Origin: Planctomycetota bacterium
GTDB taxonomy: Bacteria; Planctomycetota; Planctomycetia; Pirellulales; Lacipirellulaceae
DNA: 17,924 nt
Assembly (NCBI GenBank): GCA_039190745.1
Contig: JBCCXZ010000068.1
Span: 1 to 17,924, forward strand
Direction of reading: 5' to 3'
In this document: in pieces, positions 6,866 to 15,046 of the stretch
Position numbering within the stretch: position 1 is the first letter of the stretch
Layout: each line of letters begins with the position of its first letter
Position numbers and translations under genes: made by a program
The notes under the pieces: generated by a model
Told to the model about the DNA's origin: nothing
The model's input: the letters and a program-made list of their open reading frames with translations, nothing else
Database searches by the model: none

Positions 6866-9028
6866 ATGGATCCAAAGAACGCCGCTGATGAATCCCCGCT
6901 GTGGCGGTACGCGGCGACGGACCGCTACCGCGCGGGGCAACCGGTCGCGCCGGCGATAACGCCCGACGGAGCGGCGGTGCTTTTTTTGCGGTCGGGATCA
7001 CGCAACCGGGTTCAACGGCTCTACGAGCACGTCATCGTGACGGGGGCGGAGCGGCTACTCTGCGACCCCGCGCAGTTGCTTGCAGGCGAAGAAGAGACGC
7101 TCAGCGTTGAAGAGTTGGCCCGCCGGGAGCGGATGCGGATGCCGGCACGGGGGATTGCGTCCTTCCAACTCTCGCCCGACGGGGGGCTGGTGCTCACGCC
7201 GGTCGGCGGGCGGCTGTTCGTGGTGGACCGTAAGAGCGGGGCGGCGAGGGAACTTCCTGCAGACGGTGGTTCGGCGGTGGACGCCCGGTTCTCGCCCAGC
7301 GGGAAGCAGGTCGCCTGCGTGCGAGACGGCGACGTGTTTGTGATCGACCTCGAAACCGACACACAGCGGCGGCTGACGGACACCGCCTCGGAAACCCTCA
7401 GCAACGGGCTGGCGGAGTTCGTCGCGCAGGAAGAAATGCACCGCATGCGGGGGTGGTGGTGGTCGCCGGACGGCGGGCGGATCGCGTTTCAGCAAACCGA
7501 CGAGTCGGCGGTTGAGCTGCTGCACATCGGCGACCCGTTCGACCCGGGCCGCGCGCCCACGAGTTTCCGCTACCCGCGGGCGGGCACGACGAACGCTGAG
7601 GTGCGGCTGGGCATCGTCGATGCCCTAGCCGGCGGCGAGCTCGTGTGGGTCGACTGGAACCGTGCCGCCCTGCCCTACCTCGCTACGGTGGTTTGGCCCA
7701 AAGCGGGGCCGCTGACTGTCGCGGTGCAGAACCCCGAGCAGACCGAGCTGCAACTGCTGGCCGTCGACGCCGGGTCTGGCGAGACCAAACTACTGCACAC
7801 CGAGACCGACGATGCGTGGCTGAACCTCGACCAGTCGTTCCCCCGGTGGCTCGGCGACGGCTTGGGGTTTCTGTGGATGACCGAGCGGCGCGGGGCCCGT
7901 CAGGTGGAGCTGCGGTCGGCGGAGGGTGCGTTCGTCCGCGAGGTGACGCTGCCGGAAGACGCTTTCCAGAAGCTGTTGCACGTGGACGAGGCCGCCGGCC
8001 TGCTGTGGGCCGAGACCGCGCGCGACCCGGCGTGTTGGCAGGTCGAGTCGTTCCCCATGGACGGCGCCTCGCGACCCACTCCCCAGCCGGTGGAAGCAGA
8101 AACGACCGCGGTGCTGCGGAAGGGTTGCGGTGTTGCGGTGGAGAAGGCGGCTTCGCTCAACGGCCAAACGAGTTGGAGCATCCGGCCGGTTGAGGGCGGC
8201 TCGCTCGGCGATGGGGTGGCCACGCTCCGCAGCGAAGCCGAGTCACCGCCGATGTTGCGGCGTGAGTTGCTCGTGCTCGAAGGCACGCGGCGGTACTGCG
8301 CCTCGGTGACGCGGCCGGCGGACTTCGGCCCAGCGAGGTCGTACCCGGTGCTGGTGTCGGTCTACGGCGGGCCGGGGGCGCAGATGGTGCGCGTGGGCCG
8401 TGCGAGCGCTGCGCTCGACCAGTGGATGGCCGATCAGGGCTTTGTCGTGGTTTCGGCCGACGGGCGGGGGACGCCTGCTAGGGGGCGAGAGTGGGAGCGG
8501 TCGATCCGCGGCGACTTCGCAACCGCGCCGCTCGAAGACCAGGTGGAAGCCCTCGACCTGTTGTGCGAACGGTTTCCGGAACTCGACCGCACAAGGACGG
8601 GCATCTACGGCTGGTCGTTCGGCGGGTACCTCTCTGCGATGGCCGTGATGCGGCGGCCGGACGTGTTCCACGCCGCGGTGAGCGGGGCGCCGGTGGTCGA
8701 CTGGCACGACTACGACACGCACTACACCGAGCGGTACCTCGGCCTCCCTCAGCAATCGCCCGAGGCGTACCGCGTGAGCGACGTACTCTCCTACGCCGAC
8801 GATCTCGAACGGCCGCTGCTCTTGATCCACGGCACGGCGGACGACAACTGCTACCTGACCGGGTCGCTAAAGCTTAGCGATCGCCTGCTGCGAGCCGGGG
8901 TGGAACACGGCTTTCTGCCACTGGCCGGCCACACGCACATGGTGGCCGAGCCGACGGTCGCGACGCGGCTGTACGAGGCCACGGCCCGGTTTTTTCTGGA
9001 GAAGCTCGGCGGGACGGCGCCGGCTTAG
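6866..9028 (+). CDS. S9 family serine peptidase, dipeptidyl-peptidase IV-like (beta-propeller plus alpha/beta hydrolase), 720 aa
   Basis: NGLAEFVAQEEM (double Glu), WWSPDG, YPRAG, VYGGP, GWSFGG nucleophile, YTERYLG, HGTADDN (Asp) and HTHM (His). Confidence 0.95.
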   Translation: MDPKNAADESPLWRYAATDRYRAGQPVAPAITPDGAAVLFLRSGSRNRVQRLYEHVIVTGAERLLCDPAQLLAGEEETLSVEELARRERMRMPARGIASFQLSPDGGLVLTPVGGRLFVVDRKSGAARELPADGGSAVDARFSPSGKQVACVRDGDVFVIDLETDTQRRLTDTASETLSNGLAEFVAQEEMHRMRGWWWSPDGGRIAFQQTDESAVELLHIGDPFDPGRAPTSFRYPRAGTTNAEVRLGIVDALAGGELVWVDWNRAALPYLATVVWPKAGPLTVAVQNPEQTELQLLAVDAGSGETKLLHTETDDAWLNLDQSFPRWLGDGLGFLWMTERRGARQVELRSAEGAFVREVTLPEDAFQKLLHVDEAAGLLWAETARDPACWQVESFPMDGASRPTPQPVEAETTAVLRKGCGVAVEKAASLNGQTSWSIRPVEGGSLGDGVATLRSEAESPPMLRRELLVLEGTRRYCASVTRPADFGPARSYPVLVSVYGGPGAQMVRVGRASAALDQWMADQGFVVVSADGRGTPARGREWERSIRGDFATAPLEDQVEALDLLCERFPELDRTRTGIYGWSFGGYLSAMAVMRRPDVFHAAVSGAPVVDWHDYDTHYTERYLGLPQQSPEAYRVSDVLSYADDLERPLLLIHGTADDNCYLTGSLKLSDRLLRAGVEHGFLPLAGHTHMVAEPTVATRLYEATARFFLEKLGGTAPA

Positions 9029-9040
9029 CTAGCGTTCCTC

Positions 9041-9070
9041 CTTCCCGTCTAGAGCCTTCCCCCCTAGAGC
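9041..9070 (+). repeat. short tandem duplication, 2 x 15 nt
   Basis: CTTCCCGTCTAGAGC followed immediately by CTTCCCCCCTAGAGC (13/15 identical). Confidence 0.6.
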
Positions 9071-9192
9071 GTCGAACCGGTCGAGTCCGGCGTTGACCGC
9101 TGCGGCCGCGCAAAAGTACTCTCCCCCGCTCGCGACCCCGCAGCCTCCCGCGGTTTGCGCGGGGCGTACACCCGTCACCCGGCTGTCGAACG

Positions 9193-10194
9193 ATGCCGCT
9201 TGCGATCTCCAAGAATAAGCCGCTTTCTGTGTGCAGCGCCGTGTTGGCGGCGCTGCTAGGCGGGCTCGTCGGCGCCCTGCCCGCGTGCGGTCAGGAGGTG
9301 CTGTTTGCCGAGCCGGCCGCCGAGCCGATTGACCTGCAGAGCCTTCCGGTTCTCGACACGCCGATCAGCCAACAGGCGTTCGACCCCGCGTATTGCCCAC
9401 CCGGGGTGGAGTTGGTCCTCAAAGACGAACCCGTCGAAGATTGGGTGTTCCATACGATGCCGCGTGGGACGATCTACCACACGTACTGGGCCTCGGCCGC
9501 GGAACCGCGGCTAGAGTACCGCCTGGTGAATGAAGACGACATCGGGGCGCTGTCGGATTCGTACCTGGGCGGCCGCGTGGGCCTGTGGCGCTACGGGCCG
9601 AAGAACAAGGCCGAAGGCCTGCAGTTCGACCTATTGGCGGGGGCCAAGCTGCGTCAGGACGCCGACAACGAGCTGACCGTCGACGCGACCGACTACCGCG
9701 CTGACCTGCTGCTGACCTACGGCGACGGGCGAGACCGGTACAAGTTCGGCTACTACCATATCAGCTCGCACCTGGTGGACGACTTCATCTTCGCCAACCC
9801 CGGCGTGCCGTCGGTGAACTTTGTCCGCGATGCGCTGCTGTTCGGCTACTCGTACTACTGGACGCCGCGGCTGCGGCTGTACGCGGAGGCGGCCTGGGCG
9901 TTCAACGTCGAGGTCTCCGAGCCGTGGGAGTTCCAATTCGGCATTGACTACGGCCCGGCGGGGCCGACGGGCTTCCGGGGCGAGCCGTTCTTCGCCATCA
10001 ATGGCCACCTGCGCGAAGAGCTCGACTTCGGCGGTAACCTGGCACTGCAAGCGGGGTGGGCCTGGAAGGCCGACTACTCGGGGGCGGGTACGTTTCGCAC
10101 CGGTCTGTACTACTACAACGGCTTCAGCCGGCAGTTCTCTTTCTTCGACGACTTCGAGCAGCAAGTCGGCTGGGGCGCGTTCTACGACTTCTAG
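9193..10194 (+). CDS. DUF1207-like exported protein, probable outer-membrane beta-barrel, 333 aa
   Basis: N-terminal signal peptide (KNKP, hydrophobic stretch, ACG-Q). Alternating aromatic beta-strand pattern, KFGYYHISSHLVDD motif, and C-terminal ...GWGAFYDF ending in Phe (BAM beta-signal). Confidence 0.8.
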   Translation: MPLAISKNKPLSVCSAVLAALLGGLVGALPACGQEVLFAEPAAEPIDLQSLPVLDTPISQQAFDPAYCPPGVELVLKDEPVEDWVFHTMPRGTIYHTYWASAAEPRLEYRLVNEDDIGALSDSYLGGRVGLWRYGPKNKAEGLQFDLLAGAKLRQDADNELTVDATDYRADLLLTYGDGRDRYKFGYYHISSHLVDDFIFANPGVPSVNFVRDALLFGYSYYWTPRLRLYAEAAWAFNVEVSEPWEFQFGIDYGPAGPTGFRGEPFFAINGHLREELDFGGNLALQAGWAWKADYSGAGTFRTGLYYYNGFSRQFSFFDDFEQQVGWGAFYDF

Positions 10195-10414
10195 GGCGTG
10201 TGCTTCTCGGGGGCGTCGAGCGACGGCGCCAGCCGAGTGCTAGCTTCGCCTCGGCGAGACCGGGGCGGCGTGAAGGCGCTGTGAAGACTTCGGGGCGGCC
10301 GGGCTTGTGAGCAAGTGGCGCGCCCGTCGGGCCGATAACGCCACTACGGCCCCGACTCTTGCATGCATTGGATGCGCCACGGGGCTCTTGGTTCTCTGGG
10401 GGAGCGCCTCGCGG

Positions 10415-11545
10415 ATGCGGATCGTTACGCGACAAATCCTGTGCGAGCTGCTGCAAGTCGCCGTGCTTACGTGCGTGGTGCTAGCAGCGATGCTCACGCT
10501 CGGCCTTGCCGCAAAGGAAGGCCTGCGCAAGGGGCTGCCGCTGGGGGTGATCCTCTGGACCACGCCCTGCTTCCTCGTCGAAACCTTGGGGTACATCATC
10601 CCGGGCTCGGTGCTATTTTCCGTCTCCGCCGTGTACGGGCGGATGTCGCGTTCGTTTGAGATCACGGCCCTCAAGAGCCTGGGCGTGAACCCGTTTTGGG
10701 TCTTCGCGCCCGCGCTGGTAATGGCCTATCTCGCCAGCTTCCTGACCACATGCACCTACGATCTGGCCGCGTGCTGGAGCCGGCCGGAAGTGCAGCGGAT
10801 CGTGTCTCGGTCGGTGGCGGAGATCGCGAACAATGTGCTGCGTGAAGAGAAGTCGTTCGCGTCGCCTTGGTGCCGGATCATGGTCAGCGAGGTGCAGGGA
10901 GAAAAACTCGTGAACGCGGCGATCCGCGTGCCGAAAGAGGACGGCCCGGGCGAGACGCTTATCACGACGGACTGGGCGGTGCTCTCCAGCCGCGACGGCG
11001 GGCTCTTACTGACTTGCGCGAACGCTGAGGCGGAGGTCTCCGGCTCGTCGGTGGTGCTGCCGGGCCGGACCGAGGTGCCGGTGCCGCTAGAAGACCCCAC
11101 CAGACCCGTGCACCGCGACTGGCTAGCACTGAGCGAGCTGGAAAAACACGCCGACCAGGCACGCTGGGACGAGCAGCGCTGCCGCACAGAGCTCGCCAGT
11201 TGCGGTTGCCCTGTGGGGCGAGAGAACCTAGAGAACCACTTGCAGTGGTGCGTGCACAAGCAGCGTCGGCTGGCGGCGGAGCCGCACCGGCGGTGGGCCA
11301 ACGGGTTCAGCTGCCTGTGCTTCGCGCTGATCGGGGCGCCGGTAGCGGTGATGCTGCGGAACTCGGACGTGATGACAACGTTTTTCGCGGTGTTCCTGCC
11401 GGTGCTGCTGTGCTTCTACCCGCTGCTGATGATGAGCGAGCGGCTAGCGGTGTCGGGCGCGGCCCCGCCGTGGGCGTTCTGGCTGGGCGACGGGCTGCTG
11501 GTAGTCGTGGGGGCACTGCTGATGCGGCGGACCATCAGGTGTTGA
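10415..11545 (+). CDS. LptF/LptG family permease, ~376 aa
   Basis: Starts MRIVTRQILCELL after a GGGGAG RBS. Three N-terminal TMs with YGRMSRSFEITALKSLGV, a periplasmic beta-rich region, then EPHRRWANGFSCLCFALIGAPVA and three C-terminal TMs (AFWLGD). Confidence 0.88.
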   Translation: MRIVTRQILCELLQVAVLTCVVLAAMLTLGLAAKEGLRKGLPLGVILWTTPCFLVETLGYIIPGSVLFSVSAVYGRMSRSFEITALKSLGVNPFWVFAPALVMAYLASFLTTCTYDLAACWSRPEVQRIVSRSVAEIANNVLREEKSFASPWCRIMVSEVQGEKLVNAAIRVPKEDGPGETLITTDWAVLSSRDGGLLLTCANAEAEVSGSSVVLPGRTEVPVPLEDPTRPVHRDWLALSELEKHADQARWDEQRCRTELASCGCPVGRENLENHLQWCVHKQRRLAAEPHRRWANGFSCLCFALIGAPVAVMLRNSDVMTTFFAVFLPVLLCFYPLLMMSERLAVSGAAPPWAFWLGDGLLVVVGALLMRRTIRC

Positions 11546-11660
11546 TACAAGCTGCAGGCGACGCAAAGGCTAGCAAGTGAAGACAGCGGCAACTCACGTA
11601 CTGAGCTTCGCGATTCGATCGTGCCGCGGCTTCTGCCGCGTGTGGAACGAAGCGGTGCGG

Positions 11661-12497
11661 ATGGAAGTGGCGGGCTCCGGCGGCTCGATGCTCCCAACGC
11701 GTCGGCAGCTGCAATGGCTGCTGGCGACGCCTGCCGCGGCGATGCTGGCTTTCTTCTTGGTCTTCCGCCTGACGGACCTCGACCTGCTGATCTCGGGCCT
11801 GTTTTACGACGCCCGAACCGGCGAATGGCCCAGCGGCGACGCGCGGCTGTGGTCTTGGCTCTACGAGTACGGCTGCGTGCCGGCGACGGTGGTCGGCGTG
11901 GGCGGCGCGTTCGTCGGCTTGGCGTGCCTGATGTGCCGGGCGCTACGGGGGCACGCCGGATGCGGGCTGTTCCTGACCGCGGTGCTCGCGGTGGGGCCGG
12001 GCCTGCTGGTGAACCTGACGCTCAAACCCTACGTCGGCCGGCCGCGTCCGCGCGAAGTCACGCAGTTCGGCGGCGAGCGGGCCTTCGTGCCGGTCGGCCA
12101 AGCCGCGGTGGGATCAGGCCGGAGCGATTCGCTCTCGAACTCGTCGTTCCCGTCGGGGCACGCCTCGATGGGCTTCTACCTGATGGCGCCCGCTGCGCTG
12201 CTCTACCGAAAACGCCGCCGGGCGGCCCTGGCGTTCCTCGCTGCCGGCGCGGCGTTCGGCGGGTTGATCGGCGTGGCACGCGTGATCCAGGGTGCGCACT
12301 TCGCAAGCGATGTGATCGGCTCGCTGCTGTTCGTCTACCTGAGCATTGTTGTTACGCGGCTGGCGTTCGACCTCATCGGCGAGGCGTGGCACCTGGCGCT
12401 GCTGCGTCGTGAAGAACGGACGCCGGGGCCCGAGGCGGCGGTCTTGCCTTTCCCGGCCGCGGAGCCGTTGGAAACGGAGGCGCGTCTGGCCGCTTGA
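11661..12497 (+). CDS. PAP2 superfamily membrane phosphatase (lipid phosphate / lipid A phosphatase-like)
   Basis: All three PAP2 motifs: C1 KPYVGRPRP (Kx6RP), C2 FPSGH, C3 ARVIQGAHFASD (Rx5Hx3D); about 6 TM helices. Start uncertain (11577, 11661 or 11688). Confidence 0.9.
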   Translation: MEVAGSGGSMLPTRRQLQWLLATPAAAMLAFFLVFRLTDLDLLISGLFYDARTGEWPSGDARLWSWLYEYGCVPATVVGVGGAFVGLACLMCRALRGHAGCGLFLTAVLAVGPGLLVNLTLKPYVGRPRPREVTQFGGERAFVPVGQAAVGSGRSDSLSNSSFPSGHASMGFYLMAPAALLYRKRRRAALAFLAAGAAFGGLIGVARVIQGAHFASDVIGSLLFVYLSIVVTRLAFDLIGEAWHLALLRREERTPGPEAAVLPFPAAEPLETEARLAA

Positions 12498-12525
12498 GGC
12501 GGGGTTTCGCGCGCACCCGTGCGAC

Positions 12526-14925
12526 TCACAACGCCGTGTGCGGGTGCTCTTCGTCGTCGCGTTGGGTGCGGATGCCGGTCATGCCCGCGGGGACGTGCGT
12601 CGGCGCGGCCTCCGGCGAGGTGCCAGTCCAGAGGGTGTCGAACACAGATTCCCAGCTCCGCTTGCCGGCCTCTTCGACGCACCGCTGCCGCATGCCCGAG
12701 AGCTGCGGGGCGTTTTCGGTGGCCCGCTTCATCGTTTCGGCCAACGCGCCGGGCTCGTCGACGGGCACCACGAAGCCGGTGCGGTTGGGCTGCACCAGCT
12801 CGGCGGGGCCGCCCTTGTCGGAGACGATCGCCGGCAGGCCGCTGACCATCGCCTCGAGCACCACGTTGCCGAAGGTGTCGGTCGTGCTGGGGAACACGAA
12901 CAGGTCGGAGCTGGCGTAGGCGGCGGCGAGGTCGTCGCCGCGGAGGTAACCCGTGAAGGCGATCGGCAGGCCGCGGTAGCGGTCCTCGAGCTCGCGGCGG
13001 ATGGGGCCGTCGCCCACCACGGCGAGGTTGGCCTGCAGGCCATCGGTCACCAGGCGGCCGAACGTGTCGAGCAGCAGCTCCATGTTCTTCTCGCGCGAGA
13101 CGCGGCCGACGTAGAGGAACGTGAAACGGTCTTCCAGGTCGTGCTCCTGCCACATGCCGGGCCGCTTGTGCGACGGGTTGAACACGTTCGTGTCGACGCC
13201 ACGGGGGAGCAGCTTGAGCTTGCGGGGGTCGAAGCCGTTCTCGGTGAGCTGCCGGCGGTAGAAGTTGCTGGGGACGAACACGCCCTCCATGCCGGAGTAG
13301 AACCAGCGGATGTAGCTCCACATCCACTGTTCGAGCCTGAGGTCGCCGGTGAGCATGCGGGCGTAGCGGGGGAAGTCGGTGTGGTAGACGCCGTAGGCGG
13401 GGAGCTTGAGCAGCTTCGCGGCGAGGACGCCCATCAGCCCCACGGGGCCGGGGCAGGAGATGATGAGCTGGCCGTACTTCTCGCGTTCGATCAGCTCGAC
13501 CACTTCGAGCATCGAGGGGAGCGAGACGGTGAGCTCGGAATAGGCGGGGATCGGCATCGTGAGCTGCGGCTGGAAGTTCACGAGCGGGAAGCTCGTCTCG
13601 GGCGACTCTTCCAGGCAGGTAGCGACCTTGAGCGGCAGGTCGCGGGCGGCGGCGGTCTCGGCGAGGCGGCGGATCGTGGTGGCCACGCCGTTGACGTCGT
13701 CGAACGTGTCGGTCATCCAGAGGCGGCGCTGGCCGCGGCGGCGGAGGTCGTGGGCGGCGTCGAAGCGGCCGGCGATATCGCGGAGGAAGACCTCGTCTTT
13801 GTGCTGGGTGTGGAACGACGCGACGTAGGGCGCCGCGGACAGTGCGGAGCGGAGCATCGGGGCGAGCGACGCGGCGATGCCGTCGAGGTCGAACGACGTG
13901 AGGCCGGTGAAGAGCTGCTCGGCAAAGCTGCCGCCGTACTCGCCGGCGGCGTCGCGGGCCTTGCTGAAAACGGCAGCCGCGTCGGGGAAGCGTTCGGCCT
14001 CTTCTTGTTCGTTCCGCTGGGCATCGCTGGTTGATGCATCAGCGCTGGGAACAGAGAACGCCGTGCCCCCCGGGTCGCTGTCGTGCAGGACGCGTTCGAC
14101 CAGCTCGGCGAAGGGGTTGTTGGGGTCGCCATCGAAGCGGTGCTTGTGGAACTCGCGGGCGATCGAGAGGAAGCTGTGGCCCAGCCGGAGCGAGCCGCCG
14201 TGGACGCCGCCGGGGGCGTGCAGGCCGGTGCGCAGGTTGGCGAGGAAGCCGTCGACGCCGCCCGCCGCGGGGGTGCGGGTGTAGGCCGACGCGATGTACT
14301 CGCCGCCGTGGTCGTCGCTGCCGCCGGTGAAGTACTTCCGCCAGGGGACGTCGCCCACGGGCTCGATGCCCTGCCGTCGGGCCATCTCGGTGAACAACCC
14401 GGGAGTGAGGTTCTTGAAGATCGCCTCGGCGATCTCCATGGCTCGGGAGTGCCGCGACCCGTTGATCAGCTCGAACCGCGGGAAGAGCAGCAGGAGCTTC
14501 TCGACGTGGTCGGCCGTCATCTGGTCGTTGACCTGGAACAGCGGGTGGGCGACCGAGTGGATGACATCGTTTTCGCTAACGTACCGCTGGAAGTCGTACA
14601 GGTCGTGGCGGCGGCGATCGATCTCGGCGAACTGCTCGGGCGTGACGCCGGTGACGAGGATGTGCACCTTGCAGCCGTCTTCGGGGAAGTAGACGGTGGT
14701 CTCCGAGGAGAGGAACACGCCCTCGAGGTGCTCGATGGCGCGGGCGCCCTCGATGCAGTCGTGGTCGGAGATGGTGACCAGCTGCATGCCCCGCTCACGT
14801 GCCCGGTCGTAAATGAAACGCGGCTCGACGTAGGACTCGTGGGCGCCGACCTGCTTCAGAAGCCACTCGCCAGGGTCGTTGGAGAACTTCGAGTGGACGT
14901 GCAGGTCGCACTTGCTTTCGTGCAT
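12526..14925 (-). CDS. PHP-domain / GT4 glycosyltransferase fusion, ~799 aa
   Basis: Start MHESKCDLHVHS at 14925 after GGAG. PHP metal motifs DLHVHS, ISDHD, SET, VHIL, VAHP, GGSDDH. C-terminal GT-B fold: TDTFDDVNGVA, PGPVG, YHTDFPRY, RGVD, YVGRVSREKN, DTFGNVVLEAMVSGLP. Confidence 0.92.
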   Translation of the reverse strand: MHESKCDLHVHSKFSNDPGEWLLKQVGAHESYVEPRFIYDRARERGMQLVTISDHDCIEGARAIEHLEGVFLSSETTVYFPEDGCKVHILVTGVTPEQFAEIDRRRHDLYDFQRYVSENDVIHSVAHPLFQVNDQMTADHVEKLLLLFPRFELINGSRHSRAMEIAEAIFKNLTPGLFTEMARRQGIEPVGDVPWRKYFTGGSDDHGGEYIASAYTRTPAAGGVDGFLANLRTGLHAPGGVHGGSLRLGHSFLSIAREFHKHRFDGDPNNPFAELVERVLHDSDPGGTAFSVPSADASTSDAQRNEQEEAERFPDAAAVFSKARDAAGEYGGSFAEQLFTGLTSFDLDGIAASLAPMLRSALSAAPYVASFHTQHKDEVFLRDIAGRFDAAHDLRRRGQRRLWMTDTFDDVNGVATTIRRLAETAAARDLPLKVATCLEESPETSFPLVNFQPQLTMPIPAYSELTVSLPSMLEVVELIEREKYGQLIISCPGPVGLMGVLAAKLLKLPAYGVYHTDFPRYARMLTGDLRLEQWMWSYIRWFYSGMEGVFVPSNFYRRQLTENGFDPRKLKLLPRGVDTNVFNPSHKRPGMWQEHDLEDRFTFLYVGRVSREKNMELLLDTFGRLVTDGLQANLAVVGDGPIRRELEDRYRGLPIAFTGYLRGDDLAAAYASSDLFVFPSTTDTFGNVVLEAMVSGLPAIVSDKGGPAELVQPNRTGFVVPVDEPGALAETMKRATENAPQLSGMRQRCVEEAGKRSWESVFDTLWTGTSPEAAPTHVPAGMTGIRTQRDDEEHPHTAL

Positions 14926-15046
14926 CAACCGGGCTCCGCGTTCACGGGATCCAGAGGAACGCCGCGGACATCCATTCCGCGCACGTGGGTACGAACAAAT
15001 CGAGTCGCGGGACGCGAGTGGCTTGAGGCGTGTCGGAGCGGTTTGC

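Noticed and set aside
3906..8830. Minus-strand ORFs (260, 318, 313 and 195 aa, and others) antisense to the peptidases
   Set aside because: Same GC-driven antisense artefact; no recognisable domains.
11559..11570. GACGCAAAG resembling part of a c-di-GMP-I riboswitch
   Set aside because: The upstream GGCAAAC and GNRA-capped stem are missing; the region they would occupy is the LptF/G coding end.
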